Assembly: GCA_017631635.1 (NCBI GenBank)
Contig: JAGBSX010000022.1
Location: forward strand, 18,659 to 82,658
DNA from: Clostridia bacterium
GTDB lineage: Bacteria; Bacillota; Clostridia; Christensenellales; RUG350
Reading direction: 5' to 3'
Length of the DNA stretch: 64,000 nt
A model generated the notes under the pieces. That model was not told where the DNA came from, did not search any database, and saw only the letters and a program-made list of their open reading frames with translations. Shown in pieces: positions 25,796-35,065 of the stretch. Each line of letters begins with the position of its first letter. Positions within the stretch are counted from its first letter, which is position 1. A program made the position numbers and the translations under genes.

Positions 25796-26140
25796 ATGGA
25801 TAGAGAATTGACTTGTGTAGAATGCCCTATGGGATGCGCTATATTAGTGACTATCCGTGACGGCGAGATAGTGAGTATAGGTGGCAATAACTGTGCTAGA
25901 GGCAAACTTTATGCCCAAAACGAAGTCTTTACTCCCAAGAGAGTAGTCACCTCTACCGTCAAGTTGGAGGGGGGAGGTATGCTCCCAGTCAAGACGGACA
26001 GACCTGTGGATAAGGACAAGATATTTGAAGTGATGGCTGTCATCAATTCGCTAATAGTTGCTGCTCCTGTGAAGGTAGGAGAGGTAGTGGCTAGCGACGT
26101 GTGTGGAGCAAATATCATCAGCGCCAAAGAAGTATTGTAA
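25796..26140 (+). CDS. DUF1667-type small Cys-containing protein (third subunit of the cluster)
   Basis: 114 aa. The N-terminal LTCVECPMGC motif is typical of DUF1667. This three-gene synteny is conserved in Firmicutes. Confidence 0.75.
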   Translation: MDRELTCVECPMGCAILVTIRDGEIVSIGGNNCARGKLYAQNEVFTPKRVVTSTVKLEGGGMLPVKTDRPVDKDKIFEVMAVINSLIVAAPVKVGEVVASDVCGANIISAKEVL

Positions 26141-26188
26141 AGATAAAAAGCCACGCTATAGCCGAGTCCCTACAAGGGATTCGGCAAC

Positions 26189-26410
26189 TAAATAAATCCT
26201 AAACGGATTTGTGATATTCGTCTAACGACGAGTGATATTGCCTATCGGCAGTGTTGCCGAGCAACTTTAGTTGCGAACGCCAACTGCCTTGGCAGTTATA
26301 TTTGCCTATGGCAAGTTAAGGATTTATTTAATATAACTTTGGCGTTAGCCAAAATATAACGCAAGATTTGTCTTGCATATCACTTTTAGCCACAGGGCTA
26401 AAAATATCAC
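26189..26410. repeat. Array of dissimilar short hairpins joined by GTGATAT / ATATAAC / ATATCAC linkers (array H2)
   Basis: Hairpins at 26218-31, 26239-50, 26261-74, 26284-95, 26302-14, 26338-53, 26361-76 and 26384-403. Linkers: GTGATAT x2 (26211, 26232), ATATAAC x2 (26331, 26354), ATATCAC x2 (26377, 26404). A 12-bp long-range inverted repeat (26189-26200 / 26319-26330) encloses the first five. Confidence 0.6.
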
Positions 26411-26552
26411 TATATTAACTTAATCTTTTGTGGATAAGAAAAGCCCACCATATTTCGCATATAAGCGAAGTATAGTGGGCTACACTTTTGTTATAAACTA
26501 AAAATCCCTTATAGTGAACATCCTATTGCTGCTTTTTTCGTGCGACGAAATG

Positions 26553-26581
26553 TAAAAATAGCCTCATCATAGATGAGGCTA
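26553..26581 (-). terminator. Rho-independent terminator of the aldo/keto reductase gene
   Basis: 10-bp stem TAGCCTCATC/GATGAGGCTA, 3-nt loop, U-run on the minus strand. Confidence 0.75.
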
Positions 26582-26598
26582 ATTTATCGTAGGTTTAG

Positions 26599-27579
26599 TT
26601 ATTTGAGTATCAAGTCTATCTTGTCTAGGGTATCTTTGTCCCACTCTAGATTTGAGATAGCGCCTACGTTTTGGAGTATTTGTTCTGGGGTAGATGCTCC
26701 TGTGAGTACCGTGGTGACTACACCGTCGCGTAGTATCCAACTCAGAGCCATTTGAGACAAGGTCTGACCTCTAGATATGGCTATATCGTTGAGCAAATTT
26801 AGTTTGGTGACGATATCTGGAGTGATATTTTTGCCTTTGCCTAGCGCTATCATCTCGTCAGTCACGCCACCTAGATATTTAGTTGACAATGCGCCCCTAG
26901 ATAGAGGACTAAATACTGCTAGTCCTAGTCCGTTGTCTCTAGCGTAGTCCTTGAGACCATCTTCTTCTATCCAGCGATTGAGCATAGAGTATGAGGGTTG
27001 ATTGACTACAAATGGAGTGCCTAGTTCTTTGAGAATACTTTGCATCTTGGCAGTAGTCTCTCTCTTGTAATTGCTGATACCTACGTACAAGGCTTTGCCT
27101 TGACGTACTATCTGGTCTAGTGCGTGAGCAGTCTCCTCTAGTGGAGTGTGAGGGTCGTATACGTGATGATAAAATATATCTACATAATCTAGTCCCATAC
27201 GGCGTAGGCTTTGGTCTAGTGATGATATTAGATATTTTCTAGAGCCGTTGCGATCTCCGTATGGTCCTGGCCACATCTCGTAGCCTGCCTTGGTAGAGAT
27301 GACTAATTCGTCACGATATTCTCCTAGTCCCCCTTTGAGAACTTTGCCAAAATTTGTCTCTGCCGAGCCATTGTAGGGGTGGCCGTAGTTGTTGGCGAGG
27401 TCAAAGTGAGTGATACCTGCATTAAACGCCGTGTAGCACATATTCTCCACGTTGTCAAAATCATACGCCGAACCGAAGTTTTGCCATAGTCCTAGTGAGA
27501 CGGCAGGTAATTTTAGACCACTATTGCCTAGTCGATTGTATATCATATGGTCGTATCTATGGTCGGATATCTTAATCAT
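26599..27579 (-). CDS. Aldo/keto reductase (YghZ / L-glyceraldehyde-3-phosphate reductase-like)
   Basis: 326 aa. LGNSGLKLPAVSLGLWQNFG, then FDLANNYG...GSAE. Typical AKR family pattern. Confidence 0.85.
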   Translation of the reverse strand: MIKISDHRYDHMIYNRLGNSGLKLPAVSLGLWQNFGSAYDFDNVENMCYTAFNAGITHFDLANNYGHPYNGSAETNFGKVLKGGLGEYRDELVISTKAGYEMWPGPYGDRNGSRKYLISSLDQSLRRMGLDYVDIFYHHVYDPHTPLEETAHALDQIVRQGKALYVGISNYKRETTAKMQSILKELGTPFVVNQPSYSMLNRWIEEDGLKDYARDNGLGLAVFSPLSRGALSTKYLGGVTDEMIALGKGKNITPDIVTKLNLLNDIAISRGQTLSQMALSWILRDGVVTTVLTGASTPEQILQNVGAISNLEWDKDTLDKIDLILK

Positions 27580-27657
27580 AGAGCACCTCCTAGCATTATG
27601 ACTGTATTATAAATGCAAAATAGTCGAATTGTCAATCAAGTTTAGTGTGAAAATCCC

Positions 27658-27686
27658 TTGATGAAATCGAGAGTGTGTGATATAAT
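27658..27686 (+). promoter_or_regulatory. Predicted promoter of the Cys-rich protein gene
   Basis: TTGATG-17 nt-TGaTATAAT. The spacer carries GAGAGTGTGTGATAT, identical to 3548-3562. Confidence 0.6.
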
Positions 27687-27712
27687 CTAAATATCTACGA
27701 TATAGAGGTGCT

Positions 27713-28645
27713 ATGGTGTTTGAGAAGATAATGATGAAAATTCAAATATTCTTCATATGGTTAATAGTGGCAATCATGGTATGTTTTGTCGCAGTAGCCG
27801 AGATAGCGCCTTTTAGATATTTTGTCAAGTATCATTGTCACTATTGTGATGACCACACTAGTGGTATATTGCAATTTGACGCTGATGAGAAGATGATATA
27901 TTACACTTGCGAATTGTGTGGCGATAGGACGGATTCTTTTAGACCTAGAGAGATTACCGACCTAGGTACTACCGAGGTAGATTGCGAGGGTGATTATTAT
28001 TCTATTCAATTGTGGGAGTATGGCTTTGGTGGATGGTCAATGACCCAGAGATTGTATTTTGCCCAAAATACAGGCGAAGTCAACCACAAACATACTAGGA
28101 TTATCCAAGAAGCTATCCCCAATACTTGTACTACAGACGGTCGTACGGCAGAGATATATTGTGATGATTGCCACAAGACTATCCAAAATGCTACCGTCAT
28201 ACCTGCGGCTCACGATACTTATGCGATAGGACGTATAGAGCCTACCTGTACTAGTGAGGGACATAGTGGTCATATCTATTGCCACAGTTGCGATTACGAA
28301 GATGCAGTAGGATGTACTATACCTAAACTAGAACACGATACTTATATCGAAGGATACGTTCCTGCTACCTGTGCTAGCACAGGATATACTGGTGATACCA
28401 AGTGTCACGATTGCGATTACTTAGTACGGGGCGAACTAATTAGACTCACAGAACACGACTTTAGAGAGATTGCATCAGGTATAGAACCTACTTGTAAGAC
28501 GACAGGAAGGTCTCCTCGAGTAGTGTGCAATGATTGTGGATACGATGAGGGTGGAGATTTTCTCACCCAAGTAGATCATCAATACCATAGACCTTCTATA
28601 TTTAGCAAAGAAGAATGTATATGGTGTGGAGAAACTAAATATTGA
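27713..28645 (+). CDS. Membrane-anchored Cys-rich protein with tandem zinc-ribbon/knuckle-like modules
   Basis: 310 aa. N-terminal TM helix, one CxxC...CxxC ribbon, then four ~40-aa repeats of the form H-x8-10-P-x-C-x3-G-x5-6-C-x2-C. Confidence 0.7.
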   Translation: MVFEKIMMKIQIFFIWLIVAIMVCFVAVAEIAPFRYFVKYHCHYCDDHTSGILQFDADEKMIYYTCELCGDRTDSFRPREITDLGTTEVDCEGDYYSIQLWEYGFGGWSMTQRLYFAQNTGEVNHKHTRIIQEAIPNTCTTDGRTAEIYCDDCHKTIQNATVIPAAHDTYAIGRIEPTCTSEGHSGHIYCHSCDYEDAVGCTIPKLEHDTYIEGYVPATCASTGYTGDTKCHDCDYLVRGELIRLTEHDFREIASGIEPTCKTTGRSPRVVCNDCGYDEGGDFLTQVDHQYHRPSIFSKEECIWCGETKY

Positions 28646-28674
28646 TAAAAAACAAAGTTTTTTGGAGGTATATT

Positions 28675-28872
28675 ATGGAAGAGAATATAATGATATGCAA
28701 TTGCAAGCAAGTAAGCAAGTCTGATATCGCATCTGCGCTACACTCTTTGACCGAGTTCAAGGACGTACTAGGTGCGTTTGAAGAAGTTCAATTCATTACC
28801 AAATGTTCTACTGGCTGTGGTGGTTGTCACGACAAGGTGCTAGACGTCATATCCGAACTAATGATGGGCTAA
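28675..28872 (+). CDS. BFD-like [2Fe-2S]-binding domain protein
   Basis: Start moved to MEENIMICNCK (GGAGG 8 nt upstream). The pattern CNC...CSTGCGGC is typical of bacterioferritin-associated-ferredoxin-like domains. Confidence 0.75.
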   Translation: MEENIMICNCKQVSKSDIASALHSLTEFKDVLGAFEEVQFITKCSTGCGGCHDKVLDVISELMMG

Positions 28873-28878
28873 ACAGGT

Positions 28879-29592
28879 ATGAAGATACTCTTCATTAGAC
28901 ACGCAGATCCAGATTATAGCATAGACAATCTCACTCCTAGTGGAGTGGTCGAGGTGGAGTGTCTGCATAGATATATCGATAGGTACGCTATCGACCACGT
29001 GTATTCATCTCCTATGGGTAGAGCATATCGTACGGCGAGCGTCGCTATGGGGAGAGATGATATAGAGGTTCTCCCTTGGTTGAGAGAATTTAACCATAGG
29101 GTAGACTCTAGTATCATGCCACCTAGCGATATAATATGGGACAAATACCCCGACGAGTGGAGCAAATGTGATGGCCTATATGACAAGGATGCTTGGTACA
29201 ATCATCCTATGTGTGGTGACGTCAAAGACAAGTACCTAGAGGTGTGTAATGGACTAGACGAACTGCTAGCCAAGCACGGATACGAGAGAGAGGGTATGAT
29301 ATATAGGGCGGTCTCTCCAAATAGAGAGGTGATAGCGCTATTTTGTCACTTTGGGGTGCAATGTATATTGCTATCCCACCTGATGAACGTATCTCCTATC
29401 CCGCTACTACATCACACCTGTGCATTACCATCTTCTGTTACTACCCTAGTCACAGAGGAGAGACGAGAGGGTATAGCCTCGTTTAGGATGCTCGAATTTG
29501 GATCGCTCAATCATTTGGTCCAAGATGGCATAGAGCCGTCGTTTAGTGCTAGATTTTGCGAGACGTACGACGATATGAGTGAGAGACATTGA
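28879..29592 (+). CDS. Histidine phosphatase family protein (phosphoglycerate mutase-like)
   Basis: 237 aa. The N-terminal ILFIRHA motif is an RHG variant. Later H in FCHFG. Confidence 0.75.
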   Translation: MKILFIRHADPDYSIDNLTPSGVVEVECLHRYIDRYAIDHVYSSPMGRAYRTASVAMGRDDIEVLPWLREFNHRVDSSIMPPSDIIWDKYPDEWSKCDGLYDKDAWYNHPMCGDVKDKYLEVCNGLDELLAKHGYEREGMIYRAVSPNREVIALFCHFGVQCILLSHLMNVSPIPLLHHTCALPSSVTTLVTEERREGIASFRMLEFGSLNHLVQDGIEPSFSARFCETYDDMSERH

Positions 29593-29604
29593 GTATAGTT
29601 AGAG

Positions 29605-29632
29605 ACAAGTGTAGAGATACACTTGTTTTTTT
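29605..29632 (+). terminator. Rho-independent terminator
   Basis: 8-bp stem ACAAGTGT/ACACTTGT, 6-nt loop, T7. Confidence 0.75.
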
Positions 29633-29713
29633 GTAGTTATATAACTTTTATATAAAATTTTTCAAAAAATCTAGCGATATACCTTAAATTTCGACTAATT
29701 ATATTGTATTTGC

Positions 29714-29742
29714 TTGATTATTCTAGAGAGTTTGTGTATAAT
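29714..29742 (+). promoter_or_regulatory. Predicted promoter of the symporter gene
   Basis: TTGATT-17 nt-TATAAT. The spacer GAGAGTTTGTG is related to the motif at 3548 and 27669. Confidence 0.55.
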
Positions 29743-29773
29743 CTCACAGTAGTTTTTTAGGAGGTATATCGAT

Positions 29774-31309
29774 ATGGAATGGCTTTATGCTGGAGTACTG
29801 GTACTATATTTTTTCATAATGATATACATAGGATATCGTGCTAGGTCTAGTGCCAACTCCGTGGGAGGATTTGTACTAGGTGGTCGCAACGTAGGACCTT
29901 GGTTGAGTGCATTTGCCTATGGTACGTCGTATTTTTCGGCTGTCATATTCATAGGGTATGCAGGACAATTTGGTTGGAAATTTGGCGTAGCGTCTACATG
30001 GATAGGTATAGGCAACGCATTGATAGGTTCACTCCTCGCGTGGAAATTACTAGGTGGTAGGACTAGGTCTATGACGCAAAGACTAGGTAGCGCTACTATG
30101 CCTGACTTTTTTGGCAAGAGATTTGGAGACAATACCCTCAAGATAATATCATCTATCATTATATTTGTATTTTTGATACCATACACAGCCTCTCTATACA
30201 AGGGACTAGGTGGTCTATTTGAGATGGCTTTCAATATACCATATCCTATATGTATAGCCATTATGGCAGTAGTGACAGCCGTCTACGTACTCATAGGTGG
30301 ATATATGGCTACTGCTTGGAACGATTTTATCCAAGGTATCATTATGCTATTTGGTATAGTGGTAGTCATAGTGGCAGTTATCTCTACCCAAGGTGGTCTA
30401 TCTCAGGCACTAGAGTCTCTAGGACAAGTGAGTGCGACAGGTATACCTGAGGGCTCTCTCAATTCGGTACTAGGACCAGACCTCTATGGATTGATTATGG
30501 TAGTCATACTCACTTCGCTAGGTACTTGGGGACTTCCTCAAATGACACAGAAGTTTTATGCTATCAAGGATGATGGCGCTGTCAAGAAAGGTATGATTAT
30601 CTCTACGATATTTGCTCTAGTAGTGGCAGGTGGTTGCTACTTCTTGGGTGGATTTGGTAGGCTATTTGACAATCCCGACTTATATACCTCTAGTGGTGCT
30701 ATCAAGTACGACGCTATCATACCTACTATGTTGAGTGGGCTACACCCAGCCATCATAGCATTGGTACTAGTGCTAGTGGTGTCGGCATCTATGTCTACAT
30801 TGTCCTCACTAGTGATGACCTCGTCATCTACTATCACACTAGACCTCATCAAAGGCAAGATTAAGCCTGAGATTAGTCAAAAGGGACAGATGAATTGCCT
30901 ACGCATATTTGTAGCCATATTCGTCGTCATATCTGCAGTCATAGCGATAGTGTACGAGATGAGTGGATTGTCCTTCATAGCGCAAATGATGGGAGTGAGT
31001 TGGGGAGCATTGGCAGGATCTTTCTTAGCACCGTACTTGTATAGTTTGTATAGCAAGAAGGTCACGAAGACTGCGACTCTCACTTGTTTTATCTTCGGAG
31101 TGCTAGTCAGCTTAGTGTCTTTCGTGATATCTATGACTCCTACTCTGCAGAGTGCACTCACAGGCACGTTTATATACGACTACGTATTCGTATCTCCTAT
31201 ATACGTGGGTGCTTGGACTATGCTGATATCCTTGGTGATAGTACCTATCGTATCTGCATTTACCAAGAAGCCTAGCCAAGAGGTGCTAGACGAAGCCTTT
31301 GGGAAATAA
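29774..31309 (+). CDS. Sodium:solute symporter family (SSF) transporter
   Basis: 511 aa, about 13 TM helices. Patterns such as GGRNVGPWLSAFAYGTSYFSA and GLPQMTQKFYA are typical of SSF (PutP/PanF-like). Substrate unknown. Confidence 0.8.
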   Translation: MEWLYAGVLVLYFFIMIYIGYRARSSANSVGGFVLGGRNVGPWLSAFAYGTSYFSAVIFIGYAGQFGWKFGVASTWIGIGNALIGSLLAWKLLGGRTRSMTQRLGSATMPDFFGKRFGDNTLKIISSIIIFVFLIPYTASLYKGLGGLFEMAFNIPYPICIAIMAVVTAVYVLIGGYMATAWNDFIQGIIMLFGIVVVIVAVISTQGGLSQALESLGQVSATGIPEGSLNSVLGPDLYGLIMVVILTSLGTWGLPQMTQKFYAIKDDGAVKKGMIISTIFALVVAGGCYFLGGFGRLFDNPDLYTSSGAIKYDAIIPTMLSGLHPAIIALVLVLVVSASMSTLSSLVMTSSSTITLDLIKGKIKPEISQKGQMNCLRIFVAIFVVISAVIAIVYEMSGLSFIAQMMGVSWGALAGSFLAPYLYSLYSKKVTKTATLTCFIFGVLVSLVSFVISMTPTLQSALTGTFIYDYVFVSPIYVGAWTMLISLVIVPIVSAFTKKPSQEVLDEAFGK

Positions 31310-31316
31310 CATATCG

Positions 31317-31350
31317 TCACCACCTTGTACTAGGTGGTGATTTATTTCTT
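31317..31350 (+). terminator. Rho-independent terminator
   Basis: 8-bp stem TCACCACC/GGTGGTGA, 8-nt loop, T-rich tail. Confidence 0.7.
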
Positions 31351-31378
31351 GACATATTATATCCAAGTAGGATATAAT
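31349..31378 (+). promoter_or_regulatory. Predicted promoter of the ACT/UPF0210 pair
   Basis: TTGACA-18 nt-TATAAT. Confidence 0.6.
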
Positions 31379-31407
31379 TACCTAGACAACTAAAAAGAGG
31401 TGCTTGT

Positions 31408-31677
31408 ATGAAAAAAGCAATAGTATCTGTAATAGGCAAAGACAAGAAGGGAATTATCGCTAGAGTTTGTATGGAATTGTACAATCTCAATATCAATATC
31501 GCCGACATTACCCAGACGGTTATGCAAGAGTATTTTACTATGATAATGATGGTAGAACTAGAGGAGGATCAGGTATTTGCCGAGGTGTCCTCTGCTCTCA
31601 AGAAATTGGGCGAAGAGATAGGTGTATCTATATCTATCCAACACGAAGATATCTTCGGTGCTATGCACAGAATATAA
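31408..31677 (+). CDS. ACT domain-containing protein (UPF0237-like)
   Basis: 89 aa. MKKAIVSVIGKDKKGIIARV is ACT-type. Paired with UPF0210, as in many Firmicutes. Confidence 0.8.
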   Translation: MKKAIVSVIGKDKKGIIARVCMELYNLNINIADITQTVMQEYFTMIMMVELEEDQVFAEVSSALKKLGEEIGVSISIQHEDIFGAMHRI

Positions 31678-31686
31678 GAGGTATTT

Positions 31687-33036
31687 ATGTTTAATTCGGG
31701 CGAAATATTAGAAACTATCAATATGGTCCGCAAAGAGCACCTCGACGTGCGTACTCTCACTATGGGTATATCACTACTAGATTGTGTGAGAGGTACTACC
31801 GAGGAGACTGTCGACCGTATCAAATTTAAGATAGGAGATTATGCCAAGGACCTAGTCAAGACTGCTAGCGATCTTCAATGCGAATTTGGTATACCTATCG
31901 TCAACAAGCGTATATCAGTCACCCCAGTATCTCTACTAGGAGGAGGTAGGCTTGACTACGTCAAGTTGGCTCGTGCCATAGACGAGATAGGCAGAGACCT
32001 AGGAGTAGACTTCGTAGGAGGATATACAGCCCTAGTACACAAGGGTATGACTGATTTTGAGCGAAAATTTATCGCTACTATCCCAGAGGTGCTATCTACT
32101 ACTTCAAATCTATGCTCATCTGTCAATATCGGCTCTACCAAGTCTGGTATCAATATGGAGGCTGTGGCTATGATGGGTAGAGTAGTCAAAGAGTGCGCCA
32201 AGTTGACTGCCGACAGAGGCTCTATCGCTTGTGCCAAGTTGGTAGTATTTTGCAATGCCGTAGAGGACAATCCATTTATGGCAGGCGCATTTCACGGCTT
32301 AGGCGAAGGGGAGAAGGTCATCAACGTAGGCGTATCTGGTCCTGGTGTGGTACATAGCGCTATCAAGGATTTGCCTAATGCGACCTTTGACGAACTAGCC
32401 GAGATTATCAAGAAGACTGCATTTAAGATAACTAGAGTAGGACAACTCATGGCTAGACTCGCTAGCGAACGCACGGGCGCAGACTTCGGTGTAGTTGACC
32501 TATCACTAGCACCTACTCCCGTGAGAGGAGATAGCGTAGCGCACGTGCTAGAGTCTATGGGTATAGAGACCGTAGGTGGACCTGGTACTACTGCCGCTCT
32601 GGCTATGCTCAACGACGCCGTCAAGAAGGGTGGACTCATGGCTAGTAGTTCGGTAGGTGGACTAAGTGGAGCATTTATACCTGTGAGCGAAGATATAGGT
32701 ATGATAGAGGCAGCGCGTAGTGGAGTGCTAGGACTGGAGAAACTAGAGGCTATGACTGCCGTGTGTAGCGTAGGACTAGATATGATAGCCGTGCCAGGGT
32801 CTACTAGTGCAGACACCATATCTGGTATCATAGCCGACGAGGCTGCTATAGGTATGGTCAACAACAAGACTACTGCCGTACGTATCATACCTGTCGAAGG
32901 AAAGGAGACTGGAGAGGTGGAGTTTGGTGGACTACTAGGCGAAGCCCCTATTATGAAGGTGTCCAAGGTAGACAATAGCGTCTTTGTAGCGCGTGGAGGC
33001 AAGATACCTGCGCCACTACACTCCCTCAAGAACTAA
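31687..33036 (+). CDS. PFL-like UPF0210 (DUF711) family protein
   Basis: 449 aa. The N-terminus [27 protein letters not shown] is characteristic of UPF0210. Confidence 0.8.
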   Translation: MFNSGEILETINMVRKEHLDVRTLTMGISLLDCVRGTTEETVDRIKFKIGDYAKDLVKTASDLQCEFGIPIVNKRISVTPVSLLGGGRLDYVKLARAIDEIGRDLGVDFVGGYTALVHKGMTDFERKFIATIPEVLSTTSNLCSSVNIGSTKSGINMEAVAMMGRVVKECAKLTADRGSIACAKLVVFCNAVEDNPFMAGAFHGLGEGEKVINVGVSGPGVVHSAIKDLPNATFDELAEIIKKTAFKITRVGQLMARLASERTGADFGVVDLSLAPTPVRGDSVAHVLESMGIETVGGPGTTAALAMLNDAVKKGGLMASSSVGGLSGAFIPVSEDIGMIEAARSGVLGLEKLEAMTAVCSVGLDMIAVPGSTSADTISGIIADEAAIGMVNNKTTAVRIIPVEGKETGEVEFGGLLGEAPIMKVSKVDNSVFVARGGKIPAPLHSLKN

Positions 33037-33217
33037 TAGAGTCTTATTTGGAGAATTTTCGACACAATTATACAAAACAAGTCAATAAAATACCCCTATA
33101 GACAGGTACAATAAATTGTTCGCTAGGCAACTATTATTTTACAAATGCAAACTATGAAATAATAGCAAATATGAGAAAATGATGATATAATGGACACAAT
33201 AGCCAAGAGGTGAAGTC

Positions 33218-34051
33218 TTGAAGAAGGTATTTGGTGCAATTAAAAGGTTTTTTGGAGTACTGGGTAAAGCAATCAAAGATTGCTTATCCAGTATTTTATT
33301 GGGTTTGCTAATCATATTGCTAAAACCTTGGTTTAGGTCAAAGACCGTTGGCAAACAATATGTCAACAAGGCTGACGAGGGTAGAGTATTTGTCGCCAAC
33401 CACCTAGAGATGTACGGACCTATCGTGATGAAGTTGAGTTTTGCATACAGGGTGAGACCTTGGGTGATAGACAAACTAATGCAAGATGATACCGTAGAGG
33501 CGCAAGTGCGCCCAGGTGTGGAGAAAAACTTCGCTTGGTTTCCCAAGTTCGTTAGAGAAGGTATAGTCAAATTCGCTACCTTTATGATGACTTATACTAT
33601 GAAGAAGATGAAGGGTATACCCGTGCATTTGCACGACGTCAAGAACGTGATGAAGACCATAGAGGTATCTGTCAATCTGCTAAACAAAAATAAGAATATC
33701 CTCATATTCCCCGAAGAATACGAGAGTAGTGGAGGATATCTACTCAAAGGTGTGGGCGAATTTAGGACGGGATTTGCACAGTTGGGTAGGAGTTATTATC
33801 TAGCGACTGGCAAGCGACTAGCATTTTATCCCGTATATATCAGCAAAGAAAATAAGCGTACTTATATCCTAGAGCCTATTTATTATGATCCCTCTACCCC
33901 TGCTCCACAGGAGAAGAGGAGGATAGTATCATATTTGCACGATACTATGCAAGCCAAAGCCCTAGAGGTAGAGAATTTTGAGGAGTTAAACACTAGCGAA
34001 GAGGTGAAAGGGGACGGAAAATCCTCTACCCCTACCGATAATAGAGAATAA
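33218..34051 (+). CDS. Lysophospholipid (PlsC-like) acyltransferase-family protein, degenerate catalytic motif
   Basis: 277 aa, TTG start with AAGAGG upstream. ANHLEMYGP sits in place of NHxxxxD, and FPEEYESSGG in place of FPEGTRS. N-terminal TM helix. Confidence 0.5.
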   Translation: MKKVFGAIKRFFGVLGKAIKDCLSSILLGLLIILLKPWFRSKTVGKQYVNKADEGRVFVANHLEMYGPIVMKLSFAYRVRPWVIDKLMQDDTVEAQVRPGVEKNFAWFPKFVREGIVKFATFMMTYTMKKMKGIPVHLHDVKNVMKTIEVSVNLLNKNKNILIFPEEYESSGGYLLKGVGEFRTGFAQLGRSYYLATGKRLAFYPVYISKENKRTYILEPIYYDPSTPAPQEKRRIVSYLHDTMQAKALEVENFEELNTSEEVKGDGKSSTPTDNRE

Positions 34052-34090
34052 AAAAAGCATCAGGTTGACCTGATGCTTATTTTATTTATT
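34051..34090. terminator. Bidirectional rho-independent terminator
   Basis: 10-bp stem AAGCATCAGG/CCTGATGCTT, loop TTGA, flanked by A6 and a T-rich run. Lies between convergent genes. Confidence 0.8.
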
Positions 34091-34096
34091 TCGTCA

Positions 34097-34951
34097 TTAT
34101 TTGTTGCCGTCGTTGAAGTATAGGATACCTAGGGTATTTGGACCACAGTGCGCTGTGATAGTAGCACCTGCGTATGTACGATATATGTTTTTGAATACAC
34201 CTGCTTGGTTGAGCATATCCTCTACCATATCTACGTATTCTTCAGGAGTATTTTTGGTACGGGTGAGGAATACTTGTTCGGAGTCGTAGTTGCTAAACTC
34301 TTTGAGGGTGTCCTCTACGTATTTCTTGATGACCATATCAAACTTGCCTCTATACTTGCGAGCAACTACCATCTTGCCGTCGCGCACCTCAATACAAGGC
34401 TTGATACGTAGTAGGTTAGCGCCTAGTAGAGTTAGAGTGGAGCATCTGCCACCTTTGTGCAGATAGTCTAGTTTGTCTATGACAAATGATGCTTGTACAC
34501 CACTCACACGTGAGCGTACCATATCGGCTATAGTGTGATAATCGTATTTGTTCTCCTTGGCCAACTTGCTAGCGTATAGGGCTAGTAGACCAGAGCCGGT
34601 GGATAGAGATGCCGAATCTATGACCTCTACGGGTAGTCCTTCTGCACCCAATCTAGCGTGGTTGTACGAAGCGGAAAATTTAGCGCCTAGGCTGATGTGG
34701 ATTAGGCTGTAGCCTTGGTCTGTATATTTTTTGAAAAAGTCGTGATAAGTATCTACACCGTTGGCTGCAGTTTTGGGCAACTTGCCACTCTTAGCGACGG
34801 TGTCGTATATGATTTCTGGAGTTACGTCTACTCCGTCATAATGCTCCTTGTCGTTTAGTACGACAATGAGTGGAATTATGACTGGTTGATATTCATCTAG
34901 TAGAGCTGAATTCCAGTCTATTACGCTATCTGCGGTGATAAGTGTCGTCAT
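34097..34951 (-). CDS. DegV family fatty-acid-binding protein
   Basis: 284 aa. The pattern ITADS...D...P...V...TS(Q)...F... and the length are typical of DegV. Confidence 0.8.
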   Translation of the reverse strand: MTTLITADSVIDWNSALLDEYQPVIIPLIVVLNDKEHYDGVDVTPEIIYDTVAKSGKLPKTAANGVDTYHDFFKKYTDQGYSLIHISLGAKFSASYNHARLGAEGLPVEVIDSASLSTGSGLLALYASKLAKENKYDYHTIADMVRSRVSGVQASFVIDKLDYLHKGGRCSTLTLLGANLLRIKPCIEVRDGKMVVARKYRGKFDMVIKKYVEDTLKEFSNYDSEQVFLTRTKNTPEEYVDMVEDMLNQAGVFKNIYRTYAGATITAHCGPNTLGILYFNDGNK

Positions 34952-35065
34952 TTAATCTCTTCCTCCAAAAAATCTATCGTCATTATATCAAACTAAACTA
35001 GCATAGTCAAGTAAAAAGAGCGTTTAGTATTTATGTTCTGTATTATAACAAAGTTGTATTGAGAT

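Noticed and set aside
26429-26437. Perfect DnaA-box 9-mer TGTGGATAA.
   Set aside because: It is a single isolated copy. One perfect 9-mer is roughly expected by chance in 64 kb on two strands, and there are no neighbouring boxes or an AT-rich unwinding element.
32292-33029. Long antisense shadow ORFs. This 245-aa example overlaps the UPF0210 gene; others are at 45317-45967, 48224-48769, 41135-41626, 52557-53036, 35139-35639 and 12084-12605.
   Set aside because: They lie fully inside or opposite well-supported conserved genes. They have low-complexity Ser/Leu/Pro-rich translations, no SD and no recognisable domains, which is typical of frame shadows in this composition.
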